In this document: positions 6,518 to 12,932 of the stretch, in pieces | How positions within the stretch are numbered: position 1 is the first letter of the stretch | Layout: each line of letters opens with the position of its first letter | Virus record (IMG/VR): IMGVR_UViG_3300010384_000010 | Length of the DNA stretch: 47,522 nt | DNA from: a virus | Strand: one strand, 5' to 3' | The notes under the pieces: model-generated | Database searches by the model: none | Told to the model about the DNA's origin: nothing | The model's input: only the letters and a program-made list of their open reading frames with translations | Made by a program: the position numbers and the translations under genes

Positions 6518-7015
6518 CGCGCCCCCACGCGAGGAGCACCCCAAGAACCGCGACGCGACGCGGCTTTTCCGCCCTTTTTAGGTGCCGGGCTGGCTGCCCT
6601 GGCCTGTTGTAGGTGTGATAGGGTAAGGGTGCGGATATTACAACGCCCTGAGCCCGCGTCAGACGGGCGCTCGTCCGGGGTTGTTGTAGTGTGATAATAT
6701 CGAGGGCGTGCTCTTCTCTCGCTCGCGCTTCTCTTCTCTCCGATACTACAACACTACAACACGAATCTCCCTTATCGGGCGCGCGCTCGCGCTCGCGTAG
6801 CAATGGGCGTGCCAGCCCCCGACGAGTGGCGTCGTGGCGCGGCTCGCGGCCCCTACAAAGCCCCTCGCTAGCAGCGGTCCTCTGGCCACCCCCAGCGTGT
6901 TGTAGTCTCGGGTGGCTTACCCTATCACACCTACAACACGTCTCAGGCCCCCGTGAGACCCAAAGTGGGCTGCGGACCCCCCGAGCAGCGGGCCACTACC
7001 CATTCACGCCGTATC
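6518..7015. repeat. Non-coding module A, paralog of module B (26893..27375)
   Basis: Blocks are shared with B in the same order: CGCGCCCCCACGCGAG, TTTTNTAGGNGCCGGGCTG, TGTTGTAGGNGTGATAGGGT, TACAACGCCCTGAGCCCGCG, GGTTGTTGTAGTGTGATA, CTACAACA, CCCTTATCGGGCGC, AGCGGTCC, CGTGTTGTAGTCTC, CAACACG, GCCGTATC. No reading frame is conserved. Confidence 0.8.
6605..6938. repeat. 23-bp perfect inverted repeat inside module A (arms 6605..6627 and 6916..6938)
   Basis: tgttgtaggtgtgatagggtaag versus cttaccctatcacacctacaaca. The arms are exact reverse complements, 288 bp apart. Confidence 0.9.
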
Positions 7016-7248
7016 GGCCGTTCAGCTCCCGTTAGGCTGGAGGGCCGGTGCTCGATCAGGTAGCCCTGCCCGGCGACGAAGCTCAGCGTGAAGCTGGCCG
7101 CGCCACTCTGCAGGGCGGCCAGGACTGCGGGCAGCAGGGGGCTGTCCAGGGTATGGAAGGACCGGCCCGTCGCGTGGAAGCGGCGGATGGCCTCCTCCAC
7201 GGCGGGTCCGTGGGCCAGCGGGAGGCCCTCGTCGGGCGTGTAGCGCAT
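6943..7248 (-). CDS. Hypothetical protein (last gene of the early block)
   Basis: ORF 6943..7320 trimmed to the ATG at 7246-7248, which is preceded by AGGAG. The 3' end runs into module A, so the extent is uncertain. Confidence 0.45.
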   Translation of the reverse strand: MRYTPDEGLPLAHGPAVEEAIRRFHATGRSFHTLDSPLLPAVLAALQSGAASFTLSFVAGQGYLIEHRPSSLTGAERPIRREWVVARCSGGPQPTLGLTGA

Positions 7249-7285
7249 GGGTGGGTACTCCTGTCGCGATCCCGGGCGCGGGTGC

Positions 7286-7621
7286 TCAGGAGAGCCCCCC
7301 GGCCGTGACGGGAGTGTCAACGGGCGCGGCGGTGAACCAGTCCACTGCGCGGCACAGGTTGCGCAGGTCGAGGTGGGCGGCGTCGGTCTCGGATTCGGGC
7401 ATGCCGTCCGGGGCCAGCGTCCCTACGGCCCATTGGTCGCCCAGGTCGTCGAAGTAGACCAGAATCTGCCGCCCGAGCCCGTCCCGGGCTCGGGCGCCCC
7501 GGACGGCGCTGTCGCGGCCCAGCGGCTCGACTCGGGCGGGGTGCTGCCTCCCGGCCAGTGCCTGGGTGAGGATGATGAGGGCGGCGGCCGTGGTGGGCTC
7601 GTGTGCGAAGATGTTGTCCAT
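7286..7621 (-). CDS. Hypothetical protein
   Basis: ORF 7286..7918 trimmed to the ATG at 7619-7621 (MDNIFAHEPTT...). It follows the 7627..7851 gene after a 5-nt gap. Confidence 0.5.
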   Translation of the reverse strand: MDNIFAHEPTTAAALIILTQALAGRQHPARVEPLGRDSAVRGARARDGLGRQILVYFDDLGDQWAVGTLAPDGMPESETDAAHLDLRNLCRAVDWFTAAPVDTPVTAGGLS

Positions 7622-7626
7622 GGCGC

Positions 7627-7851
7627 TTACGCCCCCTCGATCGCGGCGCGGACCCGGGCGACCAGCTCCGGGTTGGCGACCAGCACGGTTACCTCCAGAA
7701 TGGCGCGGCCCTGCCCGTTGTCGGGCGAGTGCATGCGGACCTGGGTGGTGTGGAAGTCGACCAGCACGGCGGCCAGCCGTTTGCACTCGGCGGTGCCTTG
7801 GGCCTTGGGGGCGCTGGTGAAGAAGGTCGTGCGCTCGGCGTGAATGTTCAT
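7627..7851 (-). CDS. Hypothetical protein
   Basis: 74 aa with balanced composition. The ATG is preceded by the conserved leader CCCCATAGAGCATAGAGGATTCAACG. Confidence 0.6.
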   Translation of the reverse strand: MNIHAERTTFFTSAPKAQGTAECKRLAAVLVDFHTTQVRMHSPDNGQGRAILEVTVLVANPELVARVRAAIEGA

Positions 7852-7859
7852 CGTTGAAT

Positions 7860-7938
7860 CCTCTATGCTCTATGGGGCGCCCCGGGCAAATTCCCGGGGC
7901 GGAGGCGAATTGGAACACGCACAGCCGGGCCTGGTCAA
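7860..7938 (-). promoter_or_regulatory. Early promoter-leader unit (TTGACC-18-TGt-TCCAAT, leader hairpin, ATAGAGCATAGAGG)
   Basis: -10 at 7909..7914 and -35 at 7933..7938. Leader hairpin gccccggg/cccggggc at 7879..7900. Motif at 7860..7877. Confidence 0.5.
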
Positions 7939-7981
7939 TCCCCCTTGTCGGGGCCCGCCTTCGCTACGTTCTCGTCCATCG

Positions 7982-8521
7982 TCATTCCTCGGGCTGGGGC
8001 GGGGTGGGTTGGTACTTGGCGAGCCTTTCGCGGGCCAGTGACAGCGCCGGGTCGCTGCGCTCCATCACGTCCAGCGGGTCACACTCGCCGCCAAGGTCGC
8101 GGATGCGGTCCCGTGCAGCCTCAAGCGTGTTGACATACGCGCGGTACAGGCCCCGATATCCGTCTAGCAGATCCCTCCACCCCTCCGCCTGCGCGTTGCC
8201 GAGGGCGCGGGTGATGGCTTGCTCCAGTTCGTCGGCACACGTTTCGTAGGCGAACGACTTGCCCGAGTAGTATTCGCCGCCGGCGAGGCTGTCGCGGTTC
8301 TCGCGCTCGCGCCATGCGCTTACAAGCGAGGTCAAAGCCCCCCCATCCACCGCCTGCGCAGGCTGGGTGAGGTGGGCGACTTGCCATGCCTTCCACCCGC
8401 CAGCCACATCGCGGTAGACGTACTCGCCTTTACCGTCCACGACGAAATGATTTGGCTCCCAACCGTGCTTCAGCATGGCCGTTTCAAAAGCATTGCGCTC
8501 GCTATCCATCTTCTCGTCCAT
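7982..8521 (-). CDS. Hypothetical protein
   Basis: ORF 7982..8635 trimmed to the ATG at 8519-8521 (MDEKMDSERNAFETAMLKHGW...). 179 aa. Confidence 0.6.
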   Translation of the reverse strand: MDEKMDSERNAFETAMLKHGWEPNHFVVDGKGEYVYRDVAGGWKAWQVAHLTQPAQAVDGGALTSLVSAWRERENRDSLAGGEYYSGKSFAYETCADELEQAITRALGNAQAEGWRDLLDGYRGLYRAYVNTLEAARDRIRDLGGECDPLDVMERSDPALSLARERLAKYQPTPPQPEE

Positions 8522-8522
8522 C

Positions 8523-9299
8523 TCACTCCCCTTCTGCGGGTTGGGTGGGCTTGCGGGTGCATGCGCAATGCTTATTCGCCACGGAGTCGTAGGCGATGAC
8601 TTCGCCGCAGGCACGACAGAACGGCGACCCATCACCCTCGGGCGCGGACGGGGCGGCGGCTTCGATTACTGCGTTCCACCAGTCGGACGTATCGCCGTGA
8701 ATCTGATGCGCTGCCTGCATGGCGAACGTCGGCTCGCGCGGCACCAGCACGTAACCATCCGGCACCCCGGCGGGCGAGGCTGCCGGGGTGGGGAGGTTGG
8801 CGAACTCGTTGCGCACGACTTCTTCGATCCACTTGCGCGTTGCCTTGCCGCACTTGGTCGGCGGGTTCATGCCGTCCTCGGCCATCGCGTTGTGCAGCTC
8901 CGTCCATGCCACCTTGCAAGCCATACCGAACGCCTTGGGCTGCTCACCCCGGCCCTGCGCGGCGAGGGCGGCTTCAAGGGCGGCGCGCATGGCTACGGGG
9001 TCGGTATACACCCCATCCTCCACCTTCGAGGCATTGAAGTAAGCCTCCCGCGCCTTCTCCACCATCTCATCCCCCACCCGCCCGCTGTCGGCGGACTGGC
9101 GCGGGGTGGCGGCGTAGGCGGTCAGCGCCTCGTCCAGGGCGGCTTCGCGGTCGGTCATGATTGCGAAATGTTCGGTCGGCTGGAAGCGCGGGCCCTTGTA
9201 TGCGATCCAGGGGTAGCAGCTCTCATCCACGGTGTAGCCGGCGGCTTTCGCCTGGGCCTTGGTCCGGGGACGGGCGGCCTGTGCGTCCGGGTGGCTCAT
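8523..9299 (-). CDS. Hypothetical protein with a C-terminal Cys cluster
   Basis: ORF 8523..9332 trimmed to the ATG at 9297-9299, which is preceded by AGGAGA. The C-terminus CRACGEVIAYDSVANKHCAC looks like a zinc ribbon. Confidence 0.6.
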   Translation of the reverse strand: MSHPDAQAARPRTKAQAKAAGYTVDESCYPWIAYKGPRFQPTEHFAIMTDREAALDEALTAYAATPRQSADSGRVGDEMVEKAREAYFNASKVEDGVYTDPVAMRAALEAALAAQGRGEQPKAFGMACKVAWTELHNAMAEDGMNPPTKCGKATRKWIEEVVRNEFANLPTPAASPAGVPDGYVLVPREPTFAMQAAHQIHGDTSDWWNAVIEAAAPSAPEGDGSPFCRACGEVIAYDSVANKHCACTRKPTQPAEGE

Positions 9300-9383
9300 G
9301 GTAGTGTATCTCCTGCTGCAAGGAGCGGGCATCCCCGCCCCGTGTGGGGTGGACCCGGTACGTATGCACCGGGCCGGGTGGGG

Positions 9384-9863
9384 TCAGCCCTCGACGGCCT
9401 GGCCTGCCTGGAGCGCCAGCTCGGGCCAGTAGACGCCGAAGTGTTGCAGGAAATACTCGCGCTTGGCCATCGCCTCGCGGAGCTTGGCCTGGGCCTCCTC
9501 GATTCCGCGATCGAGCGAGCGCAGCACGGTGTCGCGGGCCACGGGCATGTCGTCATCCATGTCCGGCACCATGTCCCACTTCTTCTTGCTCTCCTCGGCG
9601 GAGTTGATGTAGGCGAAGTGGATCGGGGAGGACTCACCGTAGCTGATCTTGACGTAGGCCACGATGATGGTCGGCGCGGATTCGAAGTTGTTGAAGCCGA
9701 CGATGACGCCGGGGTGGACAGTGGCGCCGCCGTAGCCGCTCTTGTCCAGGAGCTTGACCTTGGAGCCTACGGCGAGGTTCTGGTGAATGACGGTCGCGTG
9801 GCGCAGGTCGACCTCCATCTTCACGCCGCCCACCTCCACGATCATGGTATTTTCGTTCTTCAT
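9384..9863 (-). CDS. Hypothetical protein
   Basis: 159 aa (MKNENTMIVEVGGVKMEV...) with non-biased composition. Confidence 0.65.
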   Translation of the reverse strand: MKNENTMIVEVGGVKMEVDLRHATVIHQNLAVGSKVKLLDKSGYGGATVHPGVIVGFNNFESAPTIIVAYVKISYGESSPIHFAYINSAEESKKKWDMVPDMDDDMPVARDTVLRSLDRGIEEAQAKLREAMAKREYFLQHFGVYWPELALQAGQAVEG

Positions 9864-9912
9864 GGCAATTCCCCTTCGGTTGTGCGGCCTTCAGCCGCGT
9901 TTGGTGCCAGGG

Positions 9913-10584
9913 TCACTGGCGAGTCTGGTTCCACGCCCGCATCACGGGCTCTTCGTAGCGCTGCAGCCGGTCGCCCAGGCACTGGTCCGCGTGGGACAGC
10001 AGCTTAGCCCCGGCCACGTACTTCTGCAGGTTCTTCTGGCGGACCACGGGCATCACGTGGTGCGTGTCGAGCCCGCGCCAGGCGAGATGGTCGCTGATCA
10101 TCGAGCGGTGGCACCGCCACCATTGGCATTCGCAGCAGAGCAGCGCGCAGCGTTTCTCGGTCAGCGCCCATTCGGCAATCAGCTCGGAGGCCGCGCGCAG
10201 GAAGCCCGGCGTGCTCATGAAGAAGCTGTAGTCGCGCAGCCCGGTGTTGGTCCAGCGGGGGCCGCCCCCCTCGCACCACGGATCGTTCAGGGCGATGCGC
10301 TGCTTGGGGAACTTGCGCCCCAGGTAGGGCCGGATGTCCACGCCGTGGGCGAGCATCTCCTCGGCCAGCGGCGCATGCTCCGGGAGCCAGCCGCCCAGCT
10401 GCGGGGCCCAGGCATAGCCGAAGCCTTCGGCCGGGAGCCACTGCTCCATGGCCTCGCGTTGGTACTGCGGCCAGCGACTGCCCGGGTGCGAGCGGGTGTC
10501 GACCACGGTATGGATGCCCGCCGCGCGCAGGAGGGCGGCGAAGTCCTGCTGGCTGTGGGTCGAATGGCCGATGGTCAGGATCAT
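9913..10584 (-). CDS. DUF488-family protein
   Basis: ORF trimmed to the ATG at 10582-10584. MILTIGHSTHSQQDFAALLRAAGIHTVVDTRSHPGSRWPQY matches the DUF488 N-terminal signature as I recall it. The Cys-rich segment LLCCECQWWRCHR is also typical. Confidence 0.55.
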   Translation of the reverse strand: MILTIGHSTHSQQDFAALLRAAGIHTVVDTRSHPGSRWPQYQREAMEQWLPAEGFGYAWAPQLGGWLPEHAPLAEEMLAHGVDIRPYLGRKFPKQRIALNDPWCEGGGPRWTNTGLRDYSFFMSTPGFLRAASELIAEWALTEKRCALLCCECQWWRCHRSMISDHLAWRGLDTHHVMPVVRQKNLQKYVAGAKLLSHADQCLGDRLQRYEEPVMRAWNQTRQ

Positions 10585-10820
10585 GTGCCTTCCCCCACGG
10601 GTGCCGGGTCCGATCCGGCCTCGATTGCGCGGATCAGCAGGGTGCGGACGCGCAGCTCGCGCTCCCGGGTGTCGCGGATGGCCTGGTCGCGAGCCGGGCA
10701 TGGCGGCAGCTGGGTGTTCATCCACACGTGGATGCCGGCGATGTGATTCAGCTCGCGCGTCAAGGCGTTCTCCACGATCTGGAGGTCCTCGCGCGCCATG
10801 CCTTCGAATGGGTTGCTCAT
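10581..10820 (-). CDS. Hypothetical protein
   Basis: 79 aa. The stop overlaps the DUF488 start (ATGA). Confidence 0.55.
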   Translation of the reverse strand: MSNPFEGMAREDLQIVENALTRELNHIAGIHVWMNTQLPPCPARDQAIRDTRERELRVRTLLIRAIEAGSDPAPVGEGT

Positions 10821-10824
10821 GGGC

Positions 10825-11028
10825 TTACGGTCCCTTGGTGACGGAGGAGTAGGTGCCGTTCTCGTAGCGGACGGCGAAGTAGTGCTTGTGGCCGTGTGGC
10901 CGGCGGAGGGTCAGCTCCTGTCGGTCGTGGCCATTGTGCAGGAGGCCCCGGACGCCCACGACCACGTATTCATGGCCGTCGAGCGTGAGGCGCTCGTCCG
11001 CGTGAACGGCGGGCGGCTGGGGCAGCAT
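10825..11028 (-). CDS. Hypothetical protein
   Basis: ORF 10825..11274 trimmed to the ATG at 11026-11028 (MLPQPPAVHADERLTLDGHEYVVVG...). 67 aa. Confidence 0.45.
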   Translation of the reverse strand: MLPQPPAVHADERLTLDGHEYVVVGVRGLLHNGHDRQELTLRRPHGHKHYFAVRYENGTYSSVTKGP

Positions 11029-11029
11029 G

Positions 11030-11299
11030 TCAGCCCTCTCCCTGGTTGGCGATGTAGAACTCGGTGCCCCAGCTGTAGGTGCGCAGTTCGGAGACGCCCA
11101 GGCCGGCGGCCTCCAGCACCGGGCGGGCGATGATGAGCAGCGGCAGAGGGCCCTTGACCGTGCCGCCGTGTGTGAAGTCGTCGCACTTGACCTTGAGGCC
11201 CTCGATCTTGGCCTCGCGCAGGGCCTTGTTGGCCCGGCGAGTGAGGGCGGAGGCTCGGTTGCTGCGGGTGCCAATGGCGCGGGCGATGCGGGCGGTCAT
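11030..11299 (-). CDS. Hypothetical protein
   Basis: 89 aa (MTARIARAIGTRSNRASALTRRANKALREAKIEGLKV...). Tightly packed between its neighbours. Confidence 0.5.
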   Translation of the reverse strand: MTARIARAIGTRSNRASALTRRANKALREAKIEGLKVKCDDFTHGGTVKGPLPLLIIARPVLEAAGLGVSELRTYSWGTEFYIANQGEG

Positions 11300-11302
11300 G
11301 GG

Positions 11303-11536
11303 TCAGCCCCCCACCGAGATTTCGCTGCCCTGGGGGTCCCACACGCGGCCATTGTACGAGATGGTGGCGGCGGTCTTGCCCTGCTCGTCCATCACGTCCC
11401 CGCAGTCGTGGCTCATGGCGCTGGCGCCGTGGCCGCCAGCATCGCGGGCGGCGATAAATTTGGCGCGGGCCTCGGTGAGGGTGTCTGCGACAACGACGCG
11501 GCGGCGGCCGAAGGAAATGTCAACTGCGTATGCCAT
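11303..11536 (-). CDS. Hypothetical protein
   Basis: 77 aa. The ATG is preceded by the leader CCCCCATAGAGCATAGAGGACACTACC. Confidence 0.6.
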   Translation of the reverse strand: MAYAVDISFGRRRVVVADTLTEARAKFIAARDAGGHGASAMSHDCGDVMDEQGKTAATISYNGRVWDPQGSEISVGG

Positions 11537-11544
11537 GGTAGTGT

Positions 11545-11617
11545 CCTCTATGCTCTATGGGGGACCGGGCGGACCGGCCGTGGAGGAAATTAGACCACGG
11601 CCGGTGCTGTCGCGCAA
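11545..11617 (-). promoter_or_regulatory. Early promoter-leader unit (TTGCGC-17-TGg-TCTAAT) with the -10 inside a hairpin loop
   Basis: -10 at 11589..11594 and -35 at 11612..11617. Inverted repeat arms ggccgtgg (11576..11583) and ccacggcc (11595..11602). Motif cctctatgctctatggggg starts at 11545. Confidence 0.55.
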
Positions 11618-11935
11618 TTATTTTGTCAAGGTGTACTCGCGCTCGTTCCAGAATCCGCCGCACTTGGTGGCCCATGCATTGCCGTGCTTGATGTCAACTT
11701 CGTGGATCACATACCCGAGCTCCCGGGCCTTATGCACAACCTCATTCCAGAGCCGGAACTCGATCCAGGTGGGGTCAGTCTTGGGGCCGCTGGTGGCCCG
11801 ACCCCCGACCCTGACGCGTCCTCGTTCCGTCAGATCGGCAAAATATCTGGCCATGGGGGACAGGTCGTACCCGCGCAGCTTTGCCACCCGCCTATCCCGG
11901 GTGGCGATGTAGGACTGCAGGCGGGGGTCCATCAC
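11618..11935 (-). CDS. Hypothetical protein
   Basis: 105 aa (MMDPRLQSYIATRDRRVAKLRGYDLSPMARYF...). Confidence 0.6.
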   Translation of the reverse strand: MMDPRLQSYIATRDRRVAKLRGYDLSPMARYFADLTERGRVRVGGRATSGPKTDPTWIEFRLWNEVVHKARELGYVIHEVDIKHGNAWATKCGGFWNEREYTLTK

Positions 11936-12138
11936 CCCGCCGCCTTCACGATGGACTCACATACCCGGCAGTTTTGGCCGGCGAGCGAACGCTTCCACTC
12001 AACAACGCGGGCTGATACCTCCAGCTTGGCCGCCTCGACGTCCACGGCTTCGACCTTGAACGACTTGACGCGGGGAAGGCCGCAGCCGCAGATGGCGCAT
12101 TGGATGGTGGTCTTGGCTTTAAGGGTCGCGTTCATCAT
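11932..12138 (-). CDS. Small zinc-ribbon-like protein
   Basis: 68 aa with CAICGC...CRVC (two CxxC pairs). The ATG is preceded by the leader motif. Confidence 0.55.
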   Translation of the reverse strand: MMNATLKAKTTIQCAICGCGLPRVKSFKVEAVDVEAAKLEVSARVVEWKRSLAGQNCRVCESIVKAAG

Positions 12139-12143
12139 CGTGT

Positions 12144-12212
12144 CCTCTATGCTCTATGGGGGTCGGGTCTCGACCGTGGAGAAATTAAACCACGGCCGGG
12201 ACCCCCGCACAA
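12144..12212 (-). promoter_or_regulatory. Early promoter-leader unit (TTGTGC-17-TGg-TTTAAT) with the -10 inside a hairpin loop
   Basis: -10 at 12184..12189 and -35 at 12207..12212. Inverted repeat arms ccgtgg (12174..12179) and ccacgg (12190..12195). Motif starts at 12144. Confidence 0.55.
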
Positions 12213-12476
12213 TTATTTGTCAAAGGCCCGGAACAGGGCGGTCGCCTCTTGGGTCGCATTGTGGAACACCCCCACGCTGTACTCCAGCGAGTCTTTGGCG
12301 CGGCGCATGGCGCTCACGTAGTCGCCCCGGGTGAGCAGGAGGGAGGCGTCGTTCAGCGTCAGCTGGGCGCTGTCGGGCATGCTGCCCCGGGCCACGTGGG
12401 CGGCGGCCAGGCCGACGCAGCGCTCGGCTGCGGCCTTAGGCTCGTCGTAGGCGGGGGTCAGGTCGGAAGCGTTCAT
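12213..12476 (-). CDS. Hypothetical protein
   Basis: 87 aa. The ATG is preceded by CATAGAGCATAGAGGAATTAGCCC. Confidence 0.6.
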   Translation of the reverse strand: MNASDLTPAYDEPKAAAERCVGLAAAHVARGSMPDSAQLTLNDASLLLTRGDYVSAMRRAKDSLEYSVGVFHNATQEATALFRAFDK

Positions 12477-12485
12477 GGGCTAATT

Positions 12486-12554
12486 CCTCTATGCTCTATG
12501 GGGGCCGGGTCTCGACCGTGGAAAAATTGTACCACGGTCGGGGGTGCCGCACAA
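12486..12554 (-). promoter_or_regulatory. Early promoter-leader unit (TTGTGC-17-TGg-TACAAT) with the -10 inside a hairpin loop
   Basis: -10 at 12526..12531 and -35 at 12549..12554. Inverted repeat arms gaccgtgg (12514..12521) and ccacggtc (12532..12539). Motif starts at 12486. Confidence 0.55.
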
Positions 12555-12647
12555 TTATTTGTAGCGCTGTCGGTTACATGGCCTTGTCCTAATGGGGCGG
12601 GGCCGCACCGCGCGGAGACCCCAGGATAGCACCGGAAAGGCCCTCGA

Positions 12648-12932
12648 TCAAGCGCCGCGACACGCTCGCTCCACGAAGCTCCCCAGGTCCTTGACCCGGA
12701 CGACGACCCCGCGCTCGTACAGGACGCCGCCCCCGTAGCTCGACGTGCTCAGCGCCCGCCAGTCCTTGTCGAGCCCAAGAGAGTGGACCTGGGTATGCCG
12801 GGAGTGCGGCACGCGTTTGGTGACGGCCAGGACCAAGAAGTACCGGGTCCCGCACCGCAGACCTCCGGGGCCGCTGCCACGGGCGGGGTAAATGTCCCCC
12901 ACCCGCTCGCCGTCGACGGCAAACCTCTTCAC
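12648..12932 (-). CDS. Hypothetical protein (GTG start coupled to the upstream stop)
   Basis: The C-terminal 94 codons of ORF 12648..13322 have normal composition (VKRFAVDGERVGDIYPARG...). GTG 12930-12932 overlaps the exonuclease TGA (GTGA). Confidence 0.4.
   Translation of the reverse strand: MKRFAVDGERVGDIYPARGSGPGGLRCGTRYFLVLAVTKRVPHSRHTQVHSLGLDKDWRALSTSSYGGGVLYERGVVVRVKDLGSFVERACRGA

Noticed and set aside
6617-6627. Similarity of GTGATAGGGT/ACCCTATCAC and of TGATAGAG-like leader motifs to the tet operator (TCCCTATCAGTGATAGAGA).
   Set aside because: Only 7-8 nt are shared, the tetO dyad is absent, and no TetR-like gene is present in the window. It is probably coincidental.
6606-6940. Possible CRISPR array or CRISPR-repeat mimic, because the GTTGTAG...CTACAA termini resemble the ends of some type II-C repeats.
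   Set aside because: There are only three hairpins per module, of unequal length (39, ~77 and 35-45 nt), with non-identical interiors and no regular repeat-spacer periodicity. The resemblance is limited to 6-7 terminal nucleotides. This is not an array. A repeat-mimic role cannot be excluded but has no support from the sequence alone.
6234-7035. ORFs inside modules A and B: 6234-6803(-), 6425-6694(+), 6691-7035(+), 26736-27377(-), 27154-27387(+), 27156-27491(+).
   Set aside because: Their composition is extreme (Arg/Pro/Gly/Ala). The nucleotide blocks shared by A and B fall in different frames with unrelated peptide sequences, so the conservation is not protein-coding.
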